Assembly (NCBI GenBank): GCA_963816145.1
Contig: CAWFJP010000029.1
Location: forward strand, 32,001-96,000
Length of the DNA stretch: 64,000 nt
Direction of reading: 5' to 3'
Source: an uncultured delta proteobacterium
Lineage (GTDB): Bacteria; Desulfobacterota; Binatia; UBA9968
Positions 1-10,415 of this stretch are shown piece after piece (position 1 is the first letter of the stretch; each line of letters opens with the position of its first letter). The translations under genes and the position numbers were made by a program. The notes below the pieces were generated by a model. It saw only the letters and a program-made list of their open reading frames with translations, did not search any database and had not been told where the DNA came from.

Positions 1-2587
1 AGCCTCGATCGATGGCGGCGCGGGCCGCAGTGCGATTTTTCGCCAGCAACCATGCCTCCGTTTCAAATGCGTAGAACACGGGCTTGGAATTGTCCGCACC
101 GGTAGCTTTCCACCGACTGACGCCTTCTCGTATCAGTTGCATTCCTAAGTCGAGATCGCCAAGCTTGCACTTGGCTGAACCCTTCAGGATCGTGGCTAAT
201 GCAGTCCAATGGTCAAACCCGCTCTCACTGGCGACGTGCAGAGCCGAGTCACACCAATACAAGCTCGTTTGCGGATCGCCGCTGTAGGTGAAGTAGGTCG
301 CGATCAAAGCATAAGTGAGCGCTTGATCGTAGGGCGTCGGATATTGACGAGCGAATTCACTCGCATTGTCGATTTCCACCAAGGCCCGGTCGGGAAAGCC
401 CAAGAACCACAATGAATGGGCATTGTATGTACCGGCACCGAGCAATGGATTCCAACCGCAAATCGACGCGGCGGCTTCAGCGTGTTTGGCGTTACTCGAA
501 GTTGCGACCTTCGCCAGATTGTGGTGCGCCTCATTAAAACGACCCAGATAAAAATCGGTGATGCCGACTGACATCGAGGCGATCATGTTAAATTCCAACG
601 TCTTTGTTGCGTTTGGCAACAGTAACCATTTCGCTGCCCAAAGCGCGCGCCAGCGGCAGGTCGGCGTGAACCGTATGAAATAACCAAAGTCCAAAGAACG
701 TTCGAAAAAGCAAGTGATCGTTGTCGTTTCGCGCGAAAGTTCACGAGCCTTCGAGAAGGCTGCTCTTGCCTCGGGTGCGGCGAACCCCTGTGAGTTTGCG
801 TATGCGACACCGAGAAGGAGCTGAAAGCTAAGCTCGATATCGTTAACCGCCGCATCTTTCTTGAGGTGTCCGATCAGGGACAACCCCTTGGTGGCGTGAA
901 TGATGGCTTCGTCATAGCCGCATTTCCCGTGGGCGATTTGCGCCGATGCCAACAGATACTTCACTGCCCGTGCGTAATCGCCGCCGTGCTCGAAATGCAA
1001 CGCCAGTTCGGCGGCGACCTGATCGGTCGCGCCAGCGTAGGCTGCTTCGGTTCGCGCCCCGATCGCTTGGTGCAGGCGTCTACGCCGCGCTTCATCGACC
1101 CGTTGGTAGACGACGTTTTGGTACAAAGCGTGGACGAAACTATAACGCGGTGTGCTCCGTGCCATTGGGCCTGGTGCGCAAACCCGAATATTGTAAAAAC
1201 TGACCGCGCCTGGCCAAGTCGCGATATTGACACTCGGCATGCTCTCGCGCTGCGTTCCAACACCGGCGCGATCATCGCGACCGAAAACGTCGTGCCGGCG
1301 ATGCTCGCCGTCTCTCAGAGTTCCTGGTCAGCCGGGGCAAGGGCATTGACCTGCCGGTCGATCAAATCCCTGATGGTTCCCGGCACTTTGTCCAATTCGC
1401 TGTTGTCGAGCAATTTCACCGCGCCGTTTTCCCGCACGATGGCGTCACGGTCGACCAGATAATCCGTCACATTGACCATGAACAGCGGATTGCCCTCCGA
1501 GCGGCGATACACCGCTGCGACAGAACCGGCTGCGCCACGGCAGTCAGTCTCAAAGCGCGCCGCGAGATATTCGCCGACGGCGGCTTGATTTAAAAGCTTG
1601 ATCGGTAAATGGGCACAATAGTTGTGCAGTTGCAGTTCGGTTTTGAGGTCTTTAAGCGGGTGGTTGAATTGTTCGACTTCATCTTCACGGTAAGTGCCGA
1701 TGATCATCAGCCGCGCCGCTTCGCGGCGGCGCGCCAGGTAAGCGATCAACGCCAGCGTCGAGGGGTCGAGCCAATGAAGATCTTCGACATACCAACAGGA
1801 CCGTTCGGGTTTTGGCGATCTCTTCTAGAAACGCGGCGATCTCGCGCAACCGGCGTTCGGGTGTCACGCCCAAGTTTTGGCGCGCCAGCTCGGCGCTCTC
1901 GTCGGCGCTGACTAGCCCAGGTAGACTTAGCAACCAACTCGGCGCCAGGCGGCGCAGAGCCGCGATCGCCACCGCCCCGTCGGGCAGCTTGCACAGCCGG
2001 TCCAACATATCGAGGATCGGCAAGTAGGCCTCGCCGGCGCCGTACTGCTCGATACATTGGCCTTGGGCGACGACGACGCCTTCGGCAAGCGCAGCGCGGA
2101 CAAACGTTTCCACCAGCGTCGTCTTGCCGATGCCGGCTTCGCCGGTGACGAAGACCATCTGCCGCCTGCCGCCGTGGGCTAGTTCCAAATGGCGCTGGAG
2201 CCCTGCCAGTTCGCTCTGCCGGCCGACGAAACGATTGAGCGACGATGACTCCGAGCCGTCGGAACCAATGATCCGAACCGGCGCGATGAAACGATAGCCG
2301 TCGCGTCCGACGGTGGCGATATATTGCGGTTTTACCGGACTGTCGCCCAGCGCCTTGCGCACCGTGCCGAGGGTTACCTTTAATGCCGCGTCATGGACGC
2401 TGGCGTTGTCCCATACATGGCGCAAAAGATCTCTTTTTGAAATGACCTGATTGGGATGTTGGGCGAGAAAGCAGAGCAGGCGAAAGGCCTTGCCGCGCAG
2501 CGCTATGCGCACGCCGTCGGCATAGAGTTCTGTCCCGACAAGATCGAGACTAAAAGGGCCGAAAATAAGTTGTTGATCGTTGGTCAC
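1..2587 (-). pseudogene. Winged-helix (OmpR/CadC-type) + AAA/STAND ATPase + TPR transcriptional regulator; frameshifted, 3' end outside the window
   Basis: ORF 1685..2587 has a wHTH (FGPFSLD...LRGKAFRLL...VRKALGD...YIATVGRDGYRF), FVGRQSEL and a Walker A (GEAGIGKTT). It continues in 1315..1749 (SEGNPLF), then 961..1275 (YxFxH), then a TPR-like stretch (LIREGVSRWKATGA) near 100-190. Several frame changes. Confidence 0.85.
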
Positions 2588-2844
2588 CGGTGCCTAAGCC
2601 GTTGTTGTTATAACTAGCCTCACAGCGCCGCGATTCTCCTGCGGTATAACACCGACCTGTTTCAAATATCAACCGGCGAAATCCGGCGGTGGGTGGCGGA
2701 CTTATGAGTTACTGGGTTCGACTCATGTCGAGTCGATCGGCGATGTTTGGTTGGCGGGAAGCGTTTCGCCGATAATAGTGCCTGCGCAGTCGAGTCGGTC
2801 TCTCAGACCGCTTGGAAGCAAAGAATATTCGAAGTCCGCGAAAA

Positions 2845-2854
2845 AATTTTACCG
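2845..2854 (+). promoter_or_regulatory. AATTTTACCG box upstream of the DNRLRE-collagen gene, putative regulator site
   Basis: The same 10-mer occurs twice at 4574-4595, and both regions have AATATTCG a short way upstream. Confidence 0.45.
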
Positions 2855-2987
2855 CTTAAGGATTGTTGCGGTCTCCCCGTCTTGTCATAAATCGCGGCGA
2901 TTCATGTTCGTATGGCTTGAATAATTTTCTTCGACCGCAAGCGAAGTCACTTGCAGTTGAACTAATACCGACAGGAGATCGAAATAA

Positions 2988-4220
2988 ATGCGATTAATCA
3001 AAATGGCTGGTACCGTTGGGCTAGCGTTGGCGCTGGCGGCTCATTTATGTGTGCCTGGTGCGTCCCATGCTACCGACGTCAAACTCACCAGTGATAGCCA
3101 CACTTCATCCAGCAAGTCCTCATTCAATTTCTCTCTCAATAGCAGCCTGAGCATTTCCAGCACCGAAAAAGGCTTTTTACAGTTCGATCTGACCGATCTC
3201 CCCGCGGGGGTGGGTAGCTCAGATGTCGAGCGAGCCAACGTAAAAATTTATGTCGCTAACTTGACTACCCCCGGAAGTTTCCAAATCTGCCCGGTAACCA
3301 GCGCTTGGAGCGAAGGGACCATTACGCATAACAATGCACCGGGTTTTAACTGCGCGATTGCGTCGGCAAACGGCTCGGTTGGATCCGGAGACCGTCAACA
3401 CTATATCACGGTCGACGTGACGAGCATCGTCAAGTACTGGTTGGATAACCCTGGATCGAATTATGGCGTTGCGCTGACATCAACGTCGTCTGCGAATTTT
3501 GCGATCGACAGCAAAGAAGGCCCCGACGGCCGGGATGCCAAACTTGACGTCTCGCTATTTGATACCGGCGCGCAAGGTCCAGCCGGACCCGCCGGGCCGC
3601 AAGGGCCGCAAGGTCCGCAAGGCCCGGCTGGCGCTGATGGAGCTACTGGAGCGCAAGGGCCGATCGGACCCACCGGACCGCAAGGACCACAAGGTCCGGC
3701 TGGCGCTGATGGCACTACTGGTCCCCAAGGGCCAACTGGAGCTACTGGTCCACAGGGGCCCAGCGGTTTCGGTAGGCTGGTGCTTAACCAGTCGTGGTCG
3801 CTTGGGACGGCTGTTTCTGCGGTTGGGACTGGCGAAGGCCGGTGGAAGAATGTTCTGTTGTCCGTATTGAATCCGGTTGAATATACCGTTAACGGCGGTC
3901 CTCTGCTTATAAATATGAATATTGTTCTGACTGGAGGAAGCACTGCGACCTGTCGTCCCATGATCGATGACCTATGGGCTGGCGACTATAGTGGACTCGT
4001 AAAATCCCCGAACGATCCTTTTTGGACCGAAGGAAATATAGCTGTCGGCGGGCTTGGCGGATCCCACAGCTGGAGCACAACACGGATCTATACTGGCATA
4101 CCCGCGGGAAATCACACATTTGAGATACAGTGCGCAACGGACTCCGGTGTTTTGCAGGTCAATCAAACGAGTGGTAGCAGCGTTACGTATTCTTATTGGA
4201 GCGTGATTGAGTTGCAGTGA
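2988..4220 (+). CDS. Secreted DNRLRE-type domain + collagen-like repeat protein
   Basis: AGGAG RBS, signal peptide (ASHA-T), FLQFDL...[16 protein letters not shown]...[10 protein letters not shown]...SKE motifs, ~21 Gly-X-Y triplets, beta-rich C-terminal domain. Confidence 0.85.
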   Translation: MRLIKMAGTVGLALALAAHLCVPGASHATDVKLTSDSHTSSSKSSFNFSLNSSLSISSTEKGFLQFDLTDLPAGVGSSDVERANVKIYVANLTTPGSFQICPVTSAWSEGTITHNNAPGFNCAIASANGSVGSGDRQHYITVDVTSIVKYWLDNPGSNYGVALTSTSSANFAIDSKEGPDGRDAKLDVSLFDTGAQGPAGPAGPQGPQGPQGPAGADGATGAQGPIGPTGPQGPQGPAGADGTTGPQGPTGATGPQGPSGFGRLVLNQSWSLGTAVSAVGTGEGRWKNVLLSVLNPVEYTVNGGPLLINMNIVLTGGSTATCRPMIDDLWAGDYSGLVKSPNDPFWTEGNIAVGGLGGSHSWSTTRIYTGIPAGNHTFEIQCATDSGVLQVNQTSGSSVTYSYWSVIELQ

Positions 4221-4273
4221 ACGGGACAATATTCCTGTGCTTCCAAAAGTCACGTCGGGTTGAATCATTTCGC

Positions 4274-4360
4274 AGCCTCGTAGGCCCAGTTGGTATGCAA
4301 TGGAATCCGGGATCGGATCGGGACTCGGATTTTCCTTGGATGCAGACGGTCTACGAGGCT
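4274..4360. repeat. Degenerate REP-like inverted repeat
   Basis: AGCCTCGTAG ... CTACGAGGCT arms with an internal GGAATCCGGG / CTCGGATT palindrome, downstream of a stop codon. Confidence 0.55.
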
Positions 4361-4573
4361 TCGGTCCTTACGTGACGACACGCCCCATTTTAATCTCTAT
4401 GCGGCAATTTCGCGCAACTTGCTGCTATTGTTTGAACGATTAAATTCCGATTCAGTCGCTGATTAATCGGTGTGCGCGATCGCGTCAATTGTTGTGACTT
4501 GACGCGATCGAACCCTCCTCACGCCTTCCGCAGCGCGGCGATCTTAAATATTCGTCGAAAGCCTCAGACAAGA

Positions 4574-4595
4574 AATTTTACCGATAATTTTACCG
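4574..4595 (+). promoter_or_regulatory. Tandem direct repeat AATTTTACCG-AT-AATTTTACCG, putative winged-helix operator
   Basis: Perfect 10-bp direct repeat with a 12-bp period, upstream of the Kelch/Ig gene. Confidence 0.5.
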
Positions 4596-4977
4596 TTCGC
4601 GATTGAGCCCAGAGCGCCACTTATGCGAAGTGGGTGAAAATTTATCCGAATTTTTGTCTTGTTTTGTCGGAGAAGGGCTACATCAGGTGAGAATGCCGAG
4701 CTATCGGGTTTGGGTGACGAGCGCCAAGCAAGGTAATTCCACTTTCAATAGCGAGAAAATTACGGCGCTTCAGGCGAGATATGTGACGACCACGAATAGA
4801 ACGCACGAGGACCACATGCATCGTGGCGATCGACAACGCATCTTGGGTGACGATTCTGAGTTGCGGCGAAGGGGAGCTATGAAGATGGCAATCTATCAGA
4901 GCGAGTTTTTTCTCGGTGCGTTATTACCCTCTGCCCTACGTCTAGCAACCTAAACTGAAGCTTATCGGAGAAAAATA

Positions 4978-7900
4978 ATGACTAAACTCCGTCCGCTGGG
5001 ATCAGCACACAAAGCCGTGTTTTTATTAGCTTTGGTTTTTGTGACCGGCTTGAGTACGCCCCAGGTGGCACGAGCCGATGGTTGGCTACTCGGGTCTGGT
5101 ATGAGCACTGCTCGTTATTTACACACAGCGACGCTGCTGACGGATGGGCGAGTGCTGGTGACGGGTGGAACCACGGGCAATATCGCTATCGCTAGCGCGG
5201 AGATCTACGATCCAACGAGTAACAGTTGGACGCCAGGGAGTGGCGCCGGGTCAGTGCCGTCGATGAGTACGACCCGTTTTTTACACACAGCGACACTGCT
5301 GACGGACGGGCGAGTGCTAGTGACGGGCGGTTGCACATCGAGCTGCTCTACCGCCAGCGCGGAGATCTACGATCCGGCGAGTAACAGTTGGACGCCAGCG
5401 AGTGGCGCCGGGTCAGTGCCGTCGCTGAGTACGGCTCGTAATTCCCACACAGCGACACTGCTGACGGACGGGCGAGTGCTGGTGACGGGTGGACACACGG
5501 GTAGTGTCGTTACCGCCAGCGCGGAGATCTACGATCCAACGAGTAATAGTTGGACGCCAGGGAATGGCGCCGGGTTAGTGCCGTCGATGAGCACGGCTCG
5601 TTTACCACACAGCGACACTGCTGACGGACGGGCGAGTGCTGGTGACGGGCGGGTACACAGTTGAGCTGTGCTATACCGCCAGCGCGGAGATCTACGATCC
5701 GACGAGTAACAGCTGGACGCCAGGGAGTGGCGCCGGGTCAGTGCCGTCGATGAGCACGGGTCGTGTTTCCCACACAGCGACACTGCTGACGGACGGGCGA
5801 GTGCTGGTGACGGGTGGACACACGGGTAGTGTCGGTACCGCCAGCGCGGAGATCTACGATCCAACGAGTAACAGCTGGACGCCAGGGAGTGGCGCCGGGT
5901 CAGTGCCGTCGATGAGCACGGGTCGTGTTTCCCACACAGCGACACTGCTGACGGACGGGCGAGTGCTGGTGACGGGCGGACTCACGAGTAGTGGCGCTAT
6001 CGCCGGTGCGGAGATGTATGAACCAGATAATATTCTCATCGACCAGACCATCCTCGTAACGCAAAGCGCACCGACCAGCGCGGTGTATGGAACAATATTT
6101 AACGTCGCCGCGACGGGTGGCGGCTCCGGCAATGCCGTGGTCATCGCAGCCTCAGGCCCCTGCTCGGGTGGCGGTAATAGCTCCGCCTTCATTACTATGA
6201 CCAGCGGCACAGGTACTTGCACCGTAACCTTTAATCAAGCCGGTAACACCGCCTATCTGCCGGCGCCAACGGTGACACAGTCGGTAACAGCGCTCGCTGA
6301 CGACACACCGCCCGATACGACCATCACGTCTGCAGCGGCCAATCCCACCAGTAGTACCTCTGCGACTTTTAGCTTCACATCGACGGAGCCGACCGGTGCG
6401 ACTTTTCTTTGCAGTCTGGACAATGCGGATTACACAATTTGCACCAGCGGGATTTCCTACAGTGGATTGCTACCGGGAAGTCACATCTTTCGGGTGAGCG
6501 CCGTTGACGCTGCTGGCAACGTCGACCAGTCGCCCGCGAGTCACAATTGGACGATCAATGCACCGGACACCACACCGCCGGAAACAACGATCGCTTCCAA
6601 GCCATCTAGTGTGACTAACAAAACCAACGCAACTTTCACCTTCGCGTCCTCGGAGGCGGGTAGCACGTTCGTGTGTAGTCTCGACGGAGGTACGTTCACT
6701 GCTTGCATCAGCCCCCAGAACTACACAGGTCTGGCAAATGGCAACCACAGTTTTCAAGTGCAAGCGAGCGACTCGGCCGGTAATCCTGATCAGTCACCTG
6801 CTAGTTACAACTGGACGATTGATAACAGCTTAATAACCGTCTTACAGGGTACGATAACGGATCGGTCGACGGGTTTACCGATCGTTGGGGCGTCGGTGAC
6901 AATATACGGTCAGGGTAATGCCACGGTTAACACCGATAGTAACGGGGCATACTCGTTTACTGGCCAGCAGTATCCATTCACAGGTTCGGTCACTCTTGGT
7001 GTTACGGCCCGAGGGTATTTTGCGAGTATGACCTCGGTCAACATTGTTGCGCCGTTCCCGGTAACGGTCGATAAATCTCTGTTGCCTGGTGGGATAATTC
7101 TCGGGGGTACAGTGACCGATGCCGGCACAAACCAGCCGATCGCGAGTGTAGGCGTCTGCTATTCGGGAGGCCTTAATTTTTATGATCTCGATGGGTTCTC
7201 CGGTGGCAGTATACGTAGATGTGCAACAACGGATCTTTCGGGAAATTACTCTTTAGACAGTTCGGTACTTGTCGAGGCCGCCGCCACGGCGGGAGCAACG
7301 GGTCAGTTTACGGCAAGTGCAGCGGGTTACCTTAACCTCACTCAGAATGGGCTTCACATCGCACCACCATACCCAGTCACACAAAATATTGCCCTGACAT
7401 GGACAGGTTTAACAACTCAGACGACAGTCGCCACGGTTCCGGCGGGGCTCGTCATAACCGTCGACAATGTTAATTACATATCACCGCAAACATTCATATG
7501 GATTCCTGGTAGCGTTCATACAATTGCGACGACATCGCCTCAGGGAACATCTGGCACGCAAATCGTTTTCAATAACTGGAGTGACAACGGGGCAATTTCA
7601 CATACTCTTGCGGCACCAAGCACTAACAGCACGCTGACTGCAAATTTCACAACGCAATATCAGCTCTCCACATCCGCGAGTCCATCGTCCGGTGGATCCG
7701 TGACTGCTGGAGGACTGTTCAATCCGGGTGCGTCTGTGGTCATCACTGCGACGCCAGCTGCTGGATTCCACTTTACCGGATTCACGGGCGATCTTTCGGG
7801 TACGACCAATCCTCAGACGGTTGTCATGAATGGGCCGCGAAACGTGACCGCGACCTTTGCGCTGATCGTATTCCCGGATACGACTATCACCTCTGCTCCG

Positions 7901-9661
7901 CCTTCACAGACAAACAGTAGCAACGCGAGCTTTAGTTTCTCATCGACCGAGGTGCCGAGCACATTCGAGTGCAGCCTTGATGGCAGCGCGTTTGCGTCCT
8001 GTCTGAGTCCGGCGAGTTACGGACCGCTAGCGGATGGAAATCATACGTTCCAAGTCCGCGCGACGAATCAATTCGGAGACACTGATCCAACACCGGCGAG
8101 TTACACTTGGACGATCACGACAGGGGATATCACTCCGCCTGAAACAACCATCAGCGGGAGTCCGGCGGCGGTGACGACCGCGACCAGCGCGAGCTTTACG
8201 TTCACGTCGAGCGAACCGGGGAGCACGTTCCAATGCCGTTTGGATACGGCGGCGTTTGCAACCTGCACGAGTCCGCGGAACTTTACGGGACTGGCGGTTG
8301 GATCGCATATCTTCGAAGTGCGGGCCACGGATGCTGCCAACAATACCGATCCGTCCCCCGCAAGCTTCACCTGGGTAATCGACCGGACGGCGCCGAATAC
8401 GACGATCACGTCCGGCCCGTCGTCGCCGACCAATCAGACCAGTGCGACTTTCACCTTCGAGTCTAACGACGCGGGCAGCACCTTTCAGTGCCGCCTCGAT
8501 ACGCCGACCTGGACGCCGTGTACGAGTCCGATCAGCTACAGCGTATTGACGGCGGGCGGGCATACGTTCCGCGTGCGCGCCATCGACCCGGCGGGCAACA
8601 CCGACGGTAGTCCAGCGGTGTTTAGCTGGACGATCGATCTGACCGCGCCAAACACGACGATCACGAACCCTCGTCCGACGGATCCAAGCAACAGCACAAT
8701 CGCGACGTTTACCTTCACGGGGAGCGTGGCCAACAGCACGTTTGCATGCAGTCTGGATACTGCACCGTTTGCGCCGTGCTCATCGCCAGCGACATACAAC
8801 GGCTTGGCGGACGGCAGCCACAGTTTCCAGGTGCAGGCGACGGACCCGGCGGGCAATCCCGATCCGACTCCGGCGGTGTTCAACTGGACTGTGGACACCG
8901 TCGCGCCGGATACGGCGATCACGAGCGCCCCGCCGTCGTTATCGAACAGCGGCGGCGCGAGCTTTACCTTCAGCGCGAATGACACCGGAGCGACTTTCCA
9001 GTGCAGCCTGGACGGTGCAGCATTTACCAACTGCAATAGTCCGCGCAATTACACGGCACTCGTCAGTGGAGTGCACACTTTCCAAGTGCGGGCACGAGAC
9101 CTTGCGGGCAACGTCGATCCAAGTCCAGCGAGCTATGGCTGGACGGTGGACCGCACCGACCCGATCGCGACGATCACGTCGGGCCCGCCGACGCCGACTA
9201 ACGTGACGACGGCGACCTTCACGTTTGCCGCAGACGATCCGGCGGCGACTTTCGAGTGCCGCTTGGACGGAGCTGCCTTCGCGGCCTGCACGAGCCCAGT
9301 CAATTTCTCCGGCTTGGCCAACGGCAATCGCAACTTCCGCGTGCGCGCTACTGATGTGGCAGGAAACATTGGACCCGTAGCCCTCTACACATGGACCGTG
9401 GATACCACGCCGCCCAATACCAACATCACGGGAAATCCGGGCACGATAACGACCAGCGCCACGGCGACGTTCACATTCACGGCGAACCAGGCGGACAGCA
9501 CTTTTGAATGCAACGTCGATAATGCTGGGTTTACGAGCTGTTCGAGTCCGGCGACGTTCAATGGGTTCGCAGTCGGAACCCATAACTTCCAGGTGCGCGC
9601 CATCGACCCGGCGGGAAACACGGATGCTACGCCAGCGAACTTCAACTGGACGGTACAGTAA
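4978..9661 (+). CDS. Large secreted Kelch beta-propeller + Ig-like repeat surface protein (one frameshift near 5600)
   Basis: Signal peptide (ARA-D); six Kelch blades (R..HTATLLTDGRVLVTGG...SAEIYDP); nine Ig-like repeats (P[DEN]TTI...F.C.LD...C.S); two carboxypeptidase-regulatory-like domains; one InlB-B-like repeat. ORFs 4978..5664 and 5636..9661 join if 2 nt are restored in blade 4. Confidence 0.88.
5101..6024 (+). repeat. Six near-identical 162-bp tandem repeats encoding Kelch blades
   Basis: Units start at 5101, 5263, 5425, 5587, 5750 and 5912. Confidence 0.95.
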
Positions 9662-9742
9662 GGGACAAAGAGAAGTGGTTTCGGAAAAACGAGTGTTCAA
9701 TATTCTGAATGGAATGAAACAAAGAAATAAGGATGGCCAGTA

Positions 9743-10375
9743 ATGATTAAGCGATCTATTTTCGCCGTGTTGGTGATTAGCGGGTTTTGGAGTTCCACTT
9801 ATACCGTGGCGCAAGATCAAGTTCCACCCCCTGTCTTTAAGGACGGCGATACCTGGCAAATCAACATTAGTAGAAAAGGTCAGATCGCAAGTTCGACCGA
9901 TGTGAACGAAGGCCTTTATGAAATTGTCTTCGCGCAAGGTAAAGTTCAGGTGTTTAGTGTAAGCGGCACCGAGAAAACTGTGGTAGATACGTCGCCGGAG
10001 AGCACGGGCGAAGGCTTGTTGGGTGCTATTGGAAAAAACGAACGCCGCCCCGATCTCAAATTTCCGTTGTCGATCGGCCAAAAATGGGACTATCAACTTG
10101 TTGTTCGGCCCGCTGGCTCTCGTCAAGATCAGCGGAGGTCCGCGGAGGTTACTGTCGTAGGGCAGGACCAGGTAACCACGCCCGCCGGAACTTTTAAGGC
10201 GTACAAACTTGTGCGCAGCGAAAGCTGGACGGTAGGCAGAGGGGGCATGAACAGCAGCACCTCCACTTATTTCTACAGCCCTGAGACCCGAAGTATCGTA
10301 AAAAGGACGACCGAAAACACGAACAACCCAGGAACCACAACTAATGAGTTAGTTAAGTTCACACCTGGCAAATAA
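9743..10375 (+). CDS. Secreted hypothetical protein
   Basis: Signal peptide (TVA-Q); the motif FPLSIGQKW...VTTPAGTFKAYK...YFYSPE is typical of a family of uncharacterised exported proteins. Confidence 0.75.
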   Translation: MIKRSIFAVLVISGFWSSTYTVAQDQVPPPVFKDGDTWQINISRKGQIASSTDVNEGLYEIVFAQGKVQVFSVSGTEKTVVDTSPESTGEGLLGAIGKNERRPDLKFPLSIGQKWDYQLVVRPAGSRQDQRRSAEVTVVGQDQVTTPAGTFKAYKLVRSESWTVGRGGMNSSTSTYFYSPETRSIVKRTTENTNNPGTTTNELVKFTPGK

Positions 10376-10415
10376 AGCGTACCCAACAGTGAGCCACTGA
10401 GGCTGAGGAGGATAA

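Noticed and set aside
4603-4953. 116-aa ORF upstream of the Kelch gene
   Set aside because: TTG start, no recognisable motif, and it overlaps the probable regulatory region.
5101-6024. Kelch repeats as a CRISPR array or DGR target
   Set aside because: The units are in-frame 162-bp coding repeats without unique spacers, and no cas or reverse transcriptase gene is in the window.
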